Notes under the pieces: model-generated
The model's input: only the letters and a program-made list of their open reading frames with translations
Databases searched by the model: none
Told to the model about the DNA's origin: nothing
Assembly (NCBI GenBank): GCA_963712235.1
Contig: CAVQHC010000017.1
Span: forward strand, 142,348 to 206,347
From: an uncultured delta proteobacterium
GTDB lineage: Bacteria; Myxococcota_A; Polyangia; Polyangiales; Houyiibacteriaceae
DNA: 64,000 nt
Reading direction: 5' to 3'
Made by a program: the position numbers and the translations under genes
Shown here: in pieces, positions 17,499 to 26,482 of the stretch
How positions within the stretch are numbered: position 1 is the first letter of the stretch
How the letters are laid out: every line of letters begins with the position of its first letter

Positions 17499-19502
17499 TT
17501 AGTCTAGGAAGCTGTTGACCTCACGTGTCCGATTCGTGAAATCGAGGCGCAGGGACTGTCCGCGATGCCGGAGCGAGATGACCTCGCCTGGAAAATCCGA
17601 CGTCCCGTATGGATTGTCGTACCGAGGGTAATCGGCAACATCGAGCGGGACTCCGTCCTGCGTGAGCGGGCCGTCCCAGCCCATGACCAGACGCCCTTGG
17701 GAAGGAGACCCGTAGTCGACGGTGAGCGCTTCGGCATCGGCGCTCAGCGGAGCGGCGAGGATGGCCTCCTTGAATGTGTCGAAACTCGCAAAGTCTGCCG
17801 CGCTCCCCAGCTCGCAAATCCAGATGGTCTTTTCGCCGTCGGCGATGATCTCGTGGTCACCTAAGTCATCGTGCTCCGGGTCGTCGTTGATGCTCCAATC
17901 GGCGTCCGGATCCGAAGCCCACAGTCCGAGATACGCGTCCCCGTAGCGCGCGAAGAACCAGCCCCCTTCTTTGTAGGCTTCATCGAAGCGGCTCTTGTCG
18001 AGGAAAGCGTGGGTGTAGAGCGGCTGATCCGGAACGTAGAGCTCGGCTTCGGTGTCGACGTCGTACAGCGAGACGACGACGTTCTTGACCTGAATCGCGC
18101 GCGGCATCGTGCCGTAGCCGGTCCAGTAGCGCGGCGTGTCGCCATCCCAGCTCTCCTTGCCCGGGTGGGTCGTGAACGCGACCGCGTCCTTTGCGAGCGT
18201 CGCCTGCCAGATCGATTGCTGGTCTCCGCCAAAGCCTTTGCGCCAGTCCTGCGCGGTGCTGAGCATGTAGCTCGGTGTTCGATAGGTGTAGATGTTGACC
18301 TCCGGACGCATGTTCCGAGTGATGTCTTTTTCAGCTTCGATAGCGAACGCGCTCCGCACCAGCTCGTTCTCGAGGACTTCGCGGAAAGGCTTGAAAAGCC
18401 TGTAGTCGTCGTGCTCCCACCATTTGTACGCGTTCAGCATCTCAACCCAGAGGCCGATGGTGAGCGGATGCGTGTAGGCCTCGAGCGTCATGAAGGTCAT
18501 CCCGTCCTCGAACCGTGACGTGTCGAGTCCCCATTTGGCGGCTTCTTCGAGCTTGATGCCCATTCGCTGGCGGTTTTCAGACTCCGTGCGATCGACGTCG
18601 TGCGCTATCTCGTAGATGACGCGCGGCAAACGATATGTCGTGCTCAGAGCCAGCGCCGAAGCGCTCATGTTCCCCGGGGCAAACTCGTTCAGGCCGAATA
18701 GGAGCGCGAAGGTCGAGCCGGTGTTGTCCCGGGAGCCGCCCATCTTGTTCTCGTAGGTGCGACCGTGGGTGCTGCCGAAGGCTCCGTCGTACTGGTTCAA
18801 GGCCAGGTCGGCGTGAATGAGGTCGAGGACCATCGCCGCGAGCTGCTTGAGCTCCTCGTCTTCGGCGAGCTCGACAAGCGCGACGAGCCCGGGGATGTCC
18901 TCGTCGTAGTAGACGTTCGAGAGCCACTCGCTGAAGCCGGACTTGTAGCGAAGCTCCAGCCAGCGCATGACGCGCGGTCGAAATGTCGCCATCTTTTCCG
19001 CGCAGGTCTCGCCGCTCGCAGCGAACACTTCGTCCGGATAGAGCTGCCCAGCGAGGTATGCGCTGCTCGCGTACAGGATGAAGTGGTTCTCGGTCAGGTA
19101 GACCATGCTGTCGGTCGCAACCGGATTGGGCTCGGTCAGGAGCTCGTCGGGCCAGAGCTTGTGCCCGAGGATCACGTCTTTGGCATTGCTGAGAATCTCC
19201 GCGCTCAGCAGATCCGAGTCGGAGACCTCGTAGAGCATCCAGAGAAGCCCCGGAAGCTTGAAGTCGGAGGTGTCCTCTCGCCTGGTCAAGCGATCGAGGT
19301 CGAACTGGATCTTGGATTCGTCGGGCGCGACGCCTCGAGTCACCCGCATGACTTCGGAATACGTGTTTCGAGGGGCCGCTTCGATCGTGGCGTCGAAGAA
19401 CGCGTCGACCCGAAGGTCGTACCCTGTTGGCTCGAGCGCTTCGGTCGAGGTCGAACATCCAATCGGCGCGATGCCAAGCACCACAAGAGCGAATCCCGCC
19501 AT
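17499..19502 (-). CDS. large hypothetical lipoprotein (667 aa)
   Basis: Signal plus lipobox (LVVLGIAPIGCSTS). It is a long uninterrupted ORF with good codon bias. I recognise no family motif. Confidence 0.5.
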   Translation of the reverse strand: MAGFALVVLGIAPIGCSTSTEALEPTGYDLRVDAFFDATIEAAPRNTYSEVMRVTRGVAPDESKIQFDLDRLTRREDTSDFKLPGLLWMLYEVSDSDLLSAEILSNAKDVILGHKLWPDELLTEPNPVATDSMVYLTENHFILYASSAYLAGQLYPDEVFAASGETCAEKMATFRPRVMRWLELRYKSGFSEWLSNVYYDEDIPGLVALVELAEDEELKQLAAMVLDLIHADLALNQYDGAFGSTHGRTYENKMGGSRDNTGSTFALLFGLNEFAPGNMSASALALSTTYRLPRVIYEIAHDVDRTESENRQRMGIKLEEAAKWGLDTSRFEDGMTFMTLEAYTHPLTIGLWVEMLNAYKWWEHDDYRLFKPFREVLENELVRSAFAIEAEKDITRNMRPEVNIYTYRTPSYMLSTAQDWRKGFGGDQQSIWQATLAKDAVAFTTHPGKESWDGDTPRYWTGYGTMPRAIQVKNVVVSLYDVDTEAELYVPDQPLYTHAFLDKSRFDEAYKEGGWFFARYGDAYLGLWASDPDADWSINDDPEHDDLGDHEIIADGEKTIWICELGSAADFASFDTFKEAILAAPLSADAEALTVDYGSPSQGRLVMGWDGPLTQDGVPLDVADYPRYDNPYGTSDFPGEVISLRHRGQSLRLDFTNRTREVNSFLD

Positions 19503-19661
19503 CCATTACATTTGACCAACCTCCACCCGAAATCGACCGAGCCTCTAGCGCGACTCAGAGGTCATCTCAAGTGCTGCCAGAGCACATTCCGCAATGAAAG
19601 CCCCCACTTCGGGCCCAATACGGTGTATCCTCTCGGGCCCGTCCGAATAGAGGAGTGACCA

Positions 19662-21329
19662 ATGGCCGAACAGCAACTCGTACTCGACGACGCCTACCAC
19701 TGGGAAAGTTCGACGCCTGACCGGGTATGGATGACCCAGCCCATCGGCAATGGCGAAGTACAAACCTACACCTGGGCCGAAGCGATGGATCAGGTGAGGC
19801 GGATGGCGGCACACCTGAAGTCGCTCGACCTTCCCCCCGGGACCCACATCGGGCTCATCTCCAAGAACTGCGCGCATTTCATCCTAACGGACCTGGCGAT
19901 TTGGATGGCCGGACATGTGAGCGTCGCGCTCTATCCCACGCTCAATGCAGACACGATTCAGTATATTCTCGAGCACAGCGAGTCGAAGCTTCTCTTCGTG
20001 GGCAAGCTCGATGGCTGGGACGAAATCAAAAAGGGCATCCCCGACGACATGCCCTGCATCTCGTTTCCGCTCGCCCCCCCGAACGATTACGAGACCTGGG
20101 ATTCGATCATCGCGAAGACCGAACCGCTGCAAGGAAACCCCTCGCGCAGAGCCGACGAGCTCGCGATCATCGTCTACACCTCCGGAAGCACGGGGCGGCC
20201 CAAGGGCGTGATGCACAGCTTTGGTGCAATCGCGGCATCGGTGAAGGGAGCCGATGAGATCTTTCACTCGACCCCGCAGGACCGAATGTTGTCCTATCTT
20301 CCGCTCGCGCATGTCTTCGAGCGATTTTGCGTGGAGACGCAGGGACTGCACACCGGGATGCAGCTCTTCTTCGCGGAGTCGCTGGACACCTTCGTGGCCG
20401 ACCTGAACCGCGCACAGCCGACGATCTTCGTCTCGGTGCCGCGCTTGTGGTTGAAGTTCCAGCTCGGGATCTTTCACAAGCTCCCGCCAGAAAAGCTCTC
20501 GCGGCTCCTTCGGATCCCGCTGCTCAATCGGGTGATCAAAAAGAAGATCCTGACCGGGCTTGGCCTGCAGCACGTACGAATTGCGGCCAGTGGGTCGGCG
20601 CCGATTCCACCAGATCTGATCCAATGGTACCGCAATCTCGGGCTCGAGCTGCTCGAGGGCTACGGCATGAGCGAGGATTTCGCGTACTCCCATGCTACCT
20701 ACCCCGGCCACGGCCGCGTCGGCTACGTCGGCAGCCCGATGCCCGGAGTCGAGGTGAAAATCAGCGAAGAAGGCGAGATCCTGATCAAGTCACCCGGCAA
20801 CATGATGGGCTACTACAAGCAGCCCGAGATGACGGCCGAGTGCTACACCGCGGACGGCTACTTTCGTACCGGCGACCGCGGCGAGCGCGATGAAGAAGGC
20901 CGACTCAAGATCACCGGCCGCGTGAAAGAGCTCTTTAAGACGAGTAAGGGCAAGTACGTCGCCCCCGTCCCGATCGAGAACATCATCAACAATCACGTCC
21001 ATGTCGAAATGTGCTGCGTCACCGGGTCGGGTCATCCCCAGCCGTTTGCCCTGGTGCTCCTCGGTGAGGAGCTCCGGCCGAAGCTGAGTGACCCGAGTGT
21101 GCGTGAGCAGGTCCAAGCCGAGCTCGAGGCGCTGCTGAAGCAGGTCAACCAAGAGGTCGAGGCCTTCGAGCGGCTTCAGTTCCTGACGGTCGTCAAAGAT
21201 GCTTGGCTGATCGAAAACGGCTTTCTCACGCCGACCATGAAGATGAAGCGAGGCATGCTCGAAGACACCTACGGCCCCAGGATGGAAGAATGGTACAGCG
21301 TGGGTCAGGCGGTGGTCTGGGAGGCCTAG
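19662..21329 (+). CDS. AMP-dependent acyl-CoA ligase (long-chain fatty-acid--CoA ligase-like)
   Basis: AMP-binding motif IIVYTSGSTGRPKGVMHSF, plus YFRTGDRGERDEEGRLKITGRVKELFKTSKGKYVAP. GAGGAG RBS is present. Confidence 0.85.
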   Translation: MAEQQLVLDDAYHWESSTPDRVWMTQPIGNGEVQTYTWAEAMDQVRRMAAHLKSLDLPPGTHIGLISKNCAHFILTDLAIWMAGHVSVALYPTLNADTIQYILEHSESKLLFVGKLDGWDEIKKGIPDDMPCISFPLAPPNDYETWDSIIAKTEPLQGNPSRRADELAIIVYTSGSTGRPKGVMHSFGAIAASVKGADEIFHSTPQDRMLSYLPLAHVFERFCVETQGLHTGMQLFFAESLDTFVADLNRAQPTIFVSVPRLWLKFQLGIFHKLPPEKLSRLLRIPLLNRVIKKKILTGLGLQHVRIAASGSAPIPPDLIQWYRNLGLELLEGYGMSEDFAYSHATYPGHGRVGYVGSPMPGVEVKISEEGEILIKSPGNMMGYYKQPEMTAECYTADGYFRTGDRGERDEEGRLKITGRVKELFKTSKGKYVAPVPIENIINNHVHVEMCCVTGSGHPQPFALVLLGEELRPKLSDPSVREQVQAELEALLKQVNQEVEAFERLQFLTVVKDAWLIENGFLTPTMKMKRGMLEDTYGPRMEEWYSVGQAVVWEA

Positions 21330-21355
21330 GCGGCGTGCGCTAGAGTCCGCCCTCG

Positions 21356-22693
21356 ATGAGAGAACAGCCTATTTACGATGTCGTCATCGCAGGCGCCGGC
21401 CCTGCTGGAGCCACCGCGGCGTATTTTCTCGCCAAGGGCGGAAAGCGCGTCGCCCTTCTCGAGAAGGCGTCCTTTCCTCGGGACAAGCGCTGCGGCGATG
21501 CCTGGTGCGAGCCTGCGCTCGAGATTCTCGAGGAGATGGGGGTCGTCCAGGAGCTCGACGCCGAGGGCGCGGTGCAATGGGTTCGCTCCGGTGGCCTGGT
21601 GTCGCCGTCGGGCCTGAGCTTCACCAGCCCCGATGAAGGCGAGCGCGAGGGCGCGCCGCGGGTGGCCGCCATCCGACGGATGGTCTGTGACGAACGCATT
21701 GCGCGGGCCGCCGCACGTGTCGGCGCCGAGCTGTTCGAGGGCGCATCGGTGCACGATGCCAAGCTCGTCGACGGGCGCTGGACGGTGCGATGCAAGGATG
21801 GGCGAAGGTTTTCCGCTCGATGCCTGATCGCCGCCGACGGAGCGAAGAGTAAGATCGCGCGTGCGCTCGGCGTCGTGACGACGGGCGCCAACAGCGTTGC
21901 GAGCCGGCAGTACATCAAGGGGGGCACACATTGCTTCAGCAGTGACGGCGTCCTGCTTTATCCGCACTATGTGCTTCCGGGGTATGTCGCGCTTTTTCGC
22001 CATTCGAACGGAGATATCGATCTCGGCTGTTACCTCCTTCCCGGAGGCCGAGTTCCGCTGACGAAGCTGAAGTCTCTGCTCCAAACCGAGGTCGCCTCAG
22101 ACCCGTACGTACGCGCAGCGCTAGGCGAACACGCCGAGCCGCTGGAACCTCCGGGCCTGTCTCCTCTTCGCCTTGGAGGCGAGCCCCGGACGCATGGGGA
22201 ACGACTCCTCGTCGTGGGCGATGCGGCAGGACAAACCGATCCACTCACGGGCGAGGGCATTCACACTGCGATGGTCGCCGCGAAAATCGCAGCCCGACTG
22301 CTCGACGAGGCCTTCGCTGCGGGGGACCTCAGTGCGCGGCGGCTATCGGCGTACCATCGCGCCTGGATGAGGCAGTTCGGTCGCGACTTCTCCATATCGG
22401 CCGCTGCCGGCCGGGCAATCCATCGCTTTCCGGTACTGCTGGACACCGCCGCGATTGCGGCCCAGCGCAACGGGGCGAGCTTCATGGACAACTTCGGCGC
22501 GGCCATGACCGGCGTGAAGCCGAAATCGCTTTTCCTGTCTCCGAGCATGTCGATTCCCCTCGTTGCGGCGCTGCTCGGACTCCTGAGCTCGCGAGCACAC
22601 ACCAAGTATGCGTTGGGACCGCGCGGCGAGCCGACGCACGCTTTCAGCTTCGCCATGAACGCCCTCCAAATGAGCACCGGCGGCGCGCTATGA
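21356..22693 (+). CDS. FAD-dependent oxidoreductase, geranylgeranyl-reductase family
   Basis: YDVVIAGAGPAGATAAYFLAKGGKRVALLEKASFPRDKRCGD dinucleotide-binding N-terminus, and a GDAAGQTDPLTGEGI motif. Confidence 0.8.
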   Translation: MREQPIYDVVIAGAGPAGATAAYFLAKGGKRVALLEKASFPRDKRCGDAWCEPALEILEEMGVVQELDAEGAVQWVRSGGLVSPSGLSFTSPDEGEREGAPRVAAIRRMVCDERIARAAARVGAELFEGASVHDAKLVDGRWTVRCKDGRRFSARCLIAADGAKSKIARALGVVTTGANSVASRQYIKGGTHCFSSDGVLLYPHYVLPGYVALFRHSNGDIDLGCYLLPGGRVPLTKLKSLLQTEVASDPYVRAALGEHAEPLEPPGLSPLRLGGEPRTHGERLLVVGDAAGQTDPLTGEGIHTAMVAAKIAARLLDEAFAAGDLSARRLSAYHRAWMRQFGRDFSISAAAGRAIHRFPVLLDTAAIAAQRNGASFMDNFGAAMTGVKPKSLFLSPSMSIPLVAALLGLLSSRAHTKYALGPRGEPTHAFSFAMNALQMSTGGAL

Positions 22694-23822
22694 AGCTCTT
22701 CTTGCTGCGCCTGCTGTTAGGGCTCGCCATTTTGATGGCGACTTTGGCGATTGTCCTCCATCTTCGGTACGGCGGGGGGGAACCGTATCCAGACCTCAGC
22801 GGAGCACCGCTCTTCGATGAACGTGCGCTCGAAGTCGCGGTGACCAGCGCCGAGCCGATCGGCAACGTCGCAGTGTCCGCAGATGGGCGCGTGTTCTACA
22901 CGATTCACCCGGAGAGCCGCCCGAGCGGGGCCAAGTTGCTCGAATGGGTCGACGGCACGCCAAAGCCCTTTCCAAGCGAAGAAGCGCAGGCGCAATTCGA
23001 GACGCCACTCGGGGTCGCCATCGACCAACAAGGTCGGCTTTGGACGATCGACCACGGCAACCACGGCACCGGGCAGGCTAAGCTTTTGGCGTTTGACCTA
23101 GGGACGGGGGGCTCGTCCACGAGCACATGTTCGATTCCTCGGTTGCGCAGCTGGGTTCGTTTCTGCAGGACCTGCAGGTCGATTCTACCGGCACGCATGT
23201 CTTCATCGCCGATGTGAGCTTCTGGCGAAAAAACCCTGGCTTGATCGTCTACGACGTCGAGCGGGGCAAGGCGCGCCGCGTTCTGGACAGCGACCCTTCG
23301 GTGTCCGCGCAGGATTGGCTCATTCGTAACCCGACCAAGGACATGAAGTTTTTCGGCGGTCTAGTGGTGCTCAAGCCTGGTGTAGATGGAATCGCCATCA
23401 GCCGTGACGACAAATGGATCTACTACGGCGCGATGGCGCATGACACGATGTACCGCGTCAAGGTCGCCGACCTACTCGTCGACACGCTGAGCGATGGAGC
23501 ACTGGCAGCGAGGGTTCAAGCGCTTGGTGCGAAGCCACTCAATGATGGGCTGAGCACGGACGACCAAGGGAACCTGCTGATCACGGACGTCGAGCACGGC
23601 GCGGTCATCCGAATGACGCCCGCCGGTGAGCTCACGACGCTGGCTCGAAGCGAGAAGATTCGCTGGGCGGATGCCTTGAGCTACGGCCCCGATGGGTGGC
23701 TCTATGTCGCCGACAGCGCGATTCCCGATCAGATGCTGCGGTCGAAGACGCATATCCAAGCCCACTCTCCGTACTACATCTTCCGCTTCAAGCCAGGCAT
23801 CGACGGAGTGCCTGGGCAATAG
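22690..23822 (+). CDS. membrane-anchored MRJP/yellow-like beta-propeller protein, split by a frameshift in a G6 run (23106-23111)
   Basis: ORF 22690..23217 (...PLGVAIDQQGRLWTIDHGNHGTGQAKLLAFDLGTG) continues as LVHEHMFDSSVAQLGSFLQDLQVD...VDGIAISRDDKWIYYGAMAHDTMYRV in ORF 23127..23822 if one G is added. Confidence 0.6.
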
Positions 23823-23835
23823 CGCGGGGCACACG

Positions 23836-24342
23836 ATGACGCGACGCAGGACACGACCGGATACCTCTGGGAAGCCCGGCTACATCACGCCGGACGGCTA
23901 TAGGCGCTTTGAAGAAGAGGCGGATCGCCTTTGGAACGTCGATCGCCCGAAGATGGCAAAGGCCGTGCAGGTTGCGGCGGCCGAAGGCGACCGATCCGAA
24001 AACGCGGAGTATCAGTACAGCAAGCAGCGCCTCGCTGCGATCGATCGGCGACTTCGTTTCTTGGGGCGTCGGCTCAAGGTGCTGACCATCGTCGACGAGA
24101 TGCCGCCGGATGACGGCCGAGTGTACTTCGGAAGCTGGGTCACGATCGAAGACGAGGACGGCAATACGCAGACTTATCGCATCGTGGGACCCGACGAAAT
24201 CGACGCCGAGAAAAAATGGATCAGTATGGAGTCACCGGTCGGGAAGGCCTTGCTCTCGCGCGAGCAGGGCGACGAAATCACGCTCCGCCGCCCCAAGGGC
24301 GAGGTGCGCTGCGAGATCATCGAAGTGCGCAACACGCCCTAG
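23836..24342 (+). CDS. greB: transcription elongation factor GreB
   Basis: ITPDGYRRFEEEADRLWNVDRP...GDRSENAEYQYSKQRLAAIDRRLRFL...VYFGSWVTIEDEDG...IVGPDEID closely parallels E. coli GreB. The ATG at 23836 is in frame within ORF 23692... Confidence 0.9.
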   Translation: MTRRRTRPDTSGKPGYITPDGYRRFEEEADRLWNVDRPKMAKAVQVAAAEGDRSENAEYQYSKQRLAAIDRRLRFLGRRLKVLTIVDEMPPDDGRVYFGSWVTIEDEDGNTQTYRIVGPDEIDAEKKWISMESPVGKALLSREQGDEITLRRPKGEVRCEIIEVRNTP

Positions 24343-24536
24343 TTTTCGGTTCCCAAAACACCGATGCCGACACGCCAGACCTGCGTCCCGAAGAGGTTGG
24401 TCACGTAGAGCGAGCAGGGATCGTACTCGCCCTGGCCGAACGCAAGGCTTGCGGGCTTGGAGACGCCCTCGACAATGATGGTGACGGTTCCATCCGGGGA
24501 CGTCCTTCCAGAGTCGCGACTCGGGTCGCCGAGCGC
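24339..24536 (-). pseudogene. orphan 3' fragment of a beta-propeller (SMP-30/gluconolactonase/NHL-like) gene
   Basis: The stop-to-stop frame on the minus strand reads ALGDPSRDSGRTSPDGTVTIIVEGVSKPASLAFGQGEYDPCSLYVTNLFGTQVWRVGIGVLGTEN*. This looks like a typical last blade. It has no start codon and nothing upstream. Confidence 0.45.
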
Positions 24537-24795
24537 TTATAACGCAAACCGGCCTGATGACGCAGCGCGCAAAATGTGCACTTCTTTCGCAAGAGAAATT
24601 CAAAGCGCATGATTTGCACTTCCGCTGGTGCCCCAGCGCATCGATCATTCGCGCCACCCAAGCAAGTCGAGAGAGATCATGGGACGTCGGGCGGGTGCAT
24701 CGTTTTGGCACAGAAGCTGCTTATCCGCAGCGTGCCCCTGCGTACCTGCAACTTGCCGCGCATATTCTGCGGGGGGGAAAACGGAAGACCTCTCG

Positions 24796-26463
24796 ATGAC
24801 TCACAGCAGTAGCCTCGACGCGGAATCGCTACGACTCGTTCTCGATTCGCTCGATGATTTCGCCAAAGCAAACCTCAGCGACGAGAAACTCCTCGAGCTC
24901 GATGAGAAGGACATCTTTCCAGAGGAGCTCGTCCGCGCGATCGGCAGCGAAGAGCTCGGAGTGCAGCTGGTGTTCATCCCCGAAGAGCACGGTGGGATGG
25001 GCGGCGGGGCCTTCGACGTGTATCGGGTCTGCGAAGCGATGGCCCGGATCGATGTCGGCCTAGCCACCGGCGTCCTGGCGACCTTTCTCGGCAGCGACCC
25101 CATCGTGTTCGGCGGGACGCCCGAGCAAAAAGAACACTGGCTGAGCCGTATCGCGGAAGAAGGTTTGCTCATGGCTTACGGGGCCACCGAACCAGCTGCC
25201 GGCAGCGACCTTGCCGCGCTCAAGACGGTGGCGGTCCCCGTCGAAAAGGATGGCAGCGTCGTTGGATACGAGATCACCGGGAACAAGCAGTGGATCTCGA
25301 ACGGCGGGTACGCCGATGTGTACACCGTGCTTGCGAAGGCACCGGGTGGTCCCAGCTGGTTTGTCGTCGAACGCGGCGCCGAGGGCTTTTCTGCGGGGAA
25401 ACCCGAGGACAAGCACGGTATCCGGCTGAGCAATACGACCGCCTTGGTTCTCGAAAACGTCTACGTCGACGCCGGTCAGCTCGTGGGGCTCGAGGAAGGC
25501 CAAGGGCTGCAGCAGGCTCAGCTGGTCTTCGGGTTCACGCGACTGATGGTGGCGGCCTTCGGGCTTGGCGCGGGCTGGGCGGCTCTCGACCGGACGATCG
25601 AATACTCGACCGAACGCATTCAAGGTGGGGCGCCGCTCTCGGAAAAGCAGGGCTACACGCACAAGCTCATCGTGCCGCATGCGGTGCGCCTGGAGGCCGC
25701 GCGAGCCTACATCGAGCAAACGGCAGAGGCCATCGACAAGGGCGGCGACGACTTGCTGAACACCGAGGGCGCGATCGCCAAATACCTCGCGAGCGAGGCG
25801 GGCAACGCCGCGGCAGACGCAGCCATTCAAGGGCACGGCGGCTACGGGTACACCAAAGAGTACATGGTCGAGAAGATCAAGCGCGACGTTCGAATCACCA
25901 CGATCTACGAGGGCACCTCCGAAATCATGGAAATGACGATCGGACGCGACCGCTGGCAGCATCACCTCAAGACCCGCGGGCAGCACTATCACGACCTCGG
26001 GCGGCGGCTCGAAGGCGTACACAGCGAGCACCCCAAGGTCGGTGCCGACATCGCGGCGCTGGCCGCACACGCCCTCGCAGAAGTCATGGAACGCGCACGC
26101 GAGAAACGTCTCACGCGCAACCAGCACGTATTGTTTCGAATCGGTGAGCTCGCCTCCTATGTCGAAGGTGCGGCGGCGTTTGCTCGACGCGCAGTCCGTG
26201 CCGAGCTCGATGAGCTCAATCCAAAGTCCCCAAGGCGATTTTCGCCGCCGGCTGTTGCGGCAATGGCGCGGGTTTTCGCGCGTGAAGCCGCGCAGCGCGT
26301 TGCCGTAGACGGCATGCGTTGGGTCATCGGCGCCGAAGCGCCGGGGAGCGCAGACGTCCCGTCGCTCGAAACGAGCGCGGGCCTGTCGAACGTTTATGCA
26401 GCCCAAGCGGGGTTGATCGAAGACATGAATCAGGTGGGGGACGCGCTTTACGAGCGCTCCTGA
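24796..26463 (+). CDS. acyl-CoA dehydrogenase family protein (555 aa, with C-terminal extension)
   Basis: Contains [37 protein letters not shown] and [14 protein letters not shown]. The ATG at 24796 ([12 protein letters not shown]...) is in frame within ORF 24628... Confidence 0.9.
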   Translation: MTHSSSLDAESLRLVLDSLDDFAKANLSDEKLLELDEKDIFPEELVRAIGSEELGVQLVFIPEEHGGMGGGAFDVYRVCEAMARIDVGLATGVLATFLGSDPIVFGGTPEQKEHWLSRIAEEGLLMAYGATEPAAGSDLAALKTVAVPVEKDGSVVGYEITGNKQWISNGGYADVYTVLAKAPGGPSWFVVERGAEGFSAGKPEDKHGIRLSNTTALVLENVYVDAGQLVGLEEGQGLQQAQLVFGFTRLMVAAFGLGAGWAALDRTIEYSTERIQGGAPLSEKQGYTHKLIVPHAVRLEAARAYIEQTAEAIDKGGDDLLNTEGAIAKYLASEAGNAAADAAIQGHGGYGYTKEYMVEKIKRDVRITTIYEGTSEIMEMTIGRDRWQHHLKTRGQHYHDLGRRLEGVHSEHPKVGADIAALAAHALAEVMERAREKRLTRNQHVLFRIGELASYVEGAAAFARRAVRAELDELNPKSPRRFSPPAVAAMARVFAREAAQRVAVDGMRWVIGAEAPGSADVPSLETSAGLSNVYAAQAGLIEDMNQVGDALYERS

Positions 26464-26482
26464 CCAAGCAGGGAGCCCGCAG

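Noticed and set aside
24600-24640. A sigma-54 promoter (TGGCAC-N5-TTGC) near TTGCACTTCCGCTGGTGCC.
   Set aside because: The elements are in the wrong order and spacing for a -24/-12 promoter on either strand.
24232-24711. Minus-strand ORF of 159 aa spanning the greB-ACAD intergenic region.
   Set aside because: It has no motifs and an Arg/Cys-rich composition. A different minus frame in the same region carries the recognisable propeller fragment.
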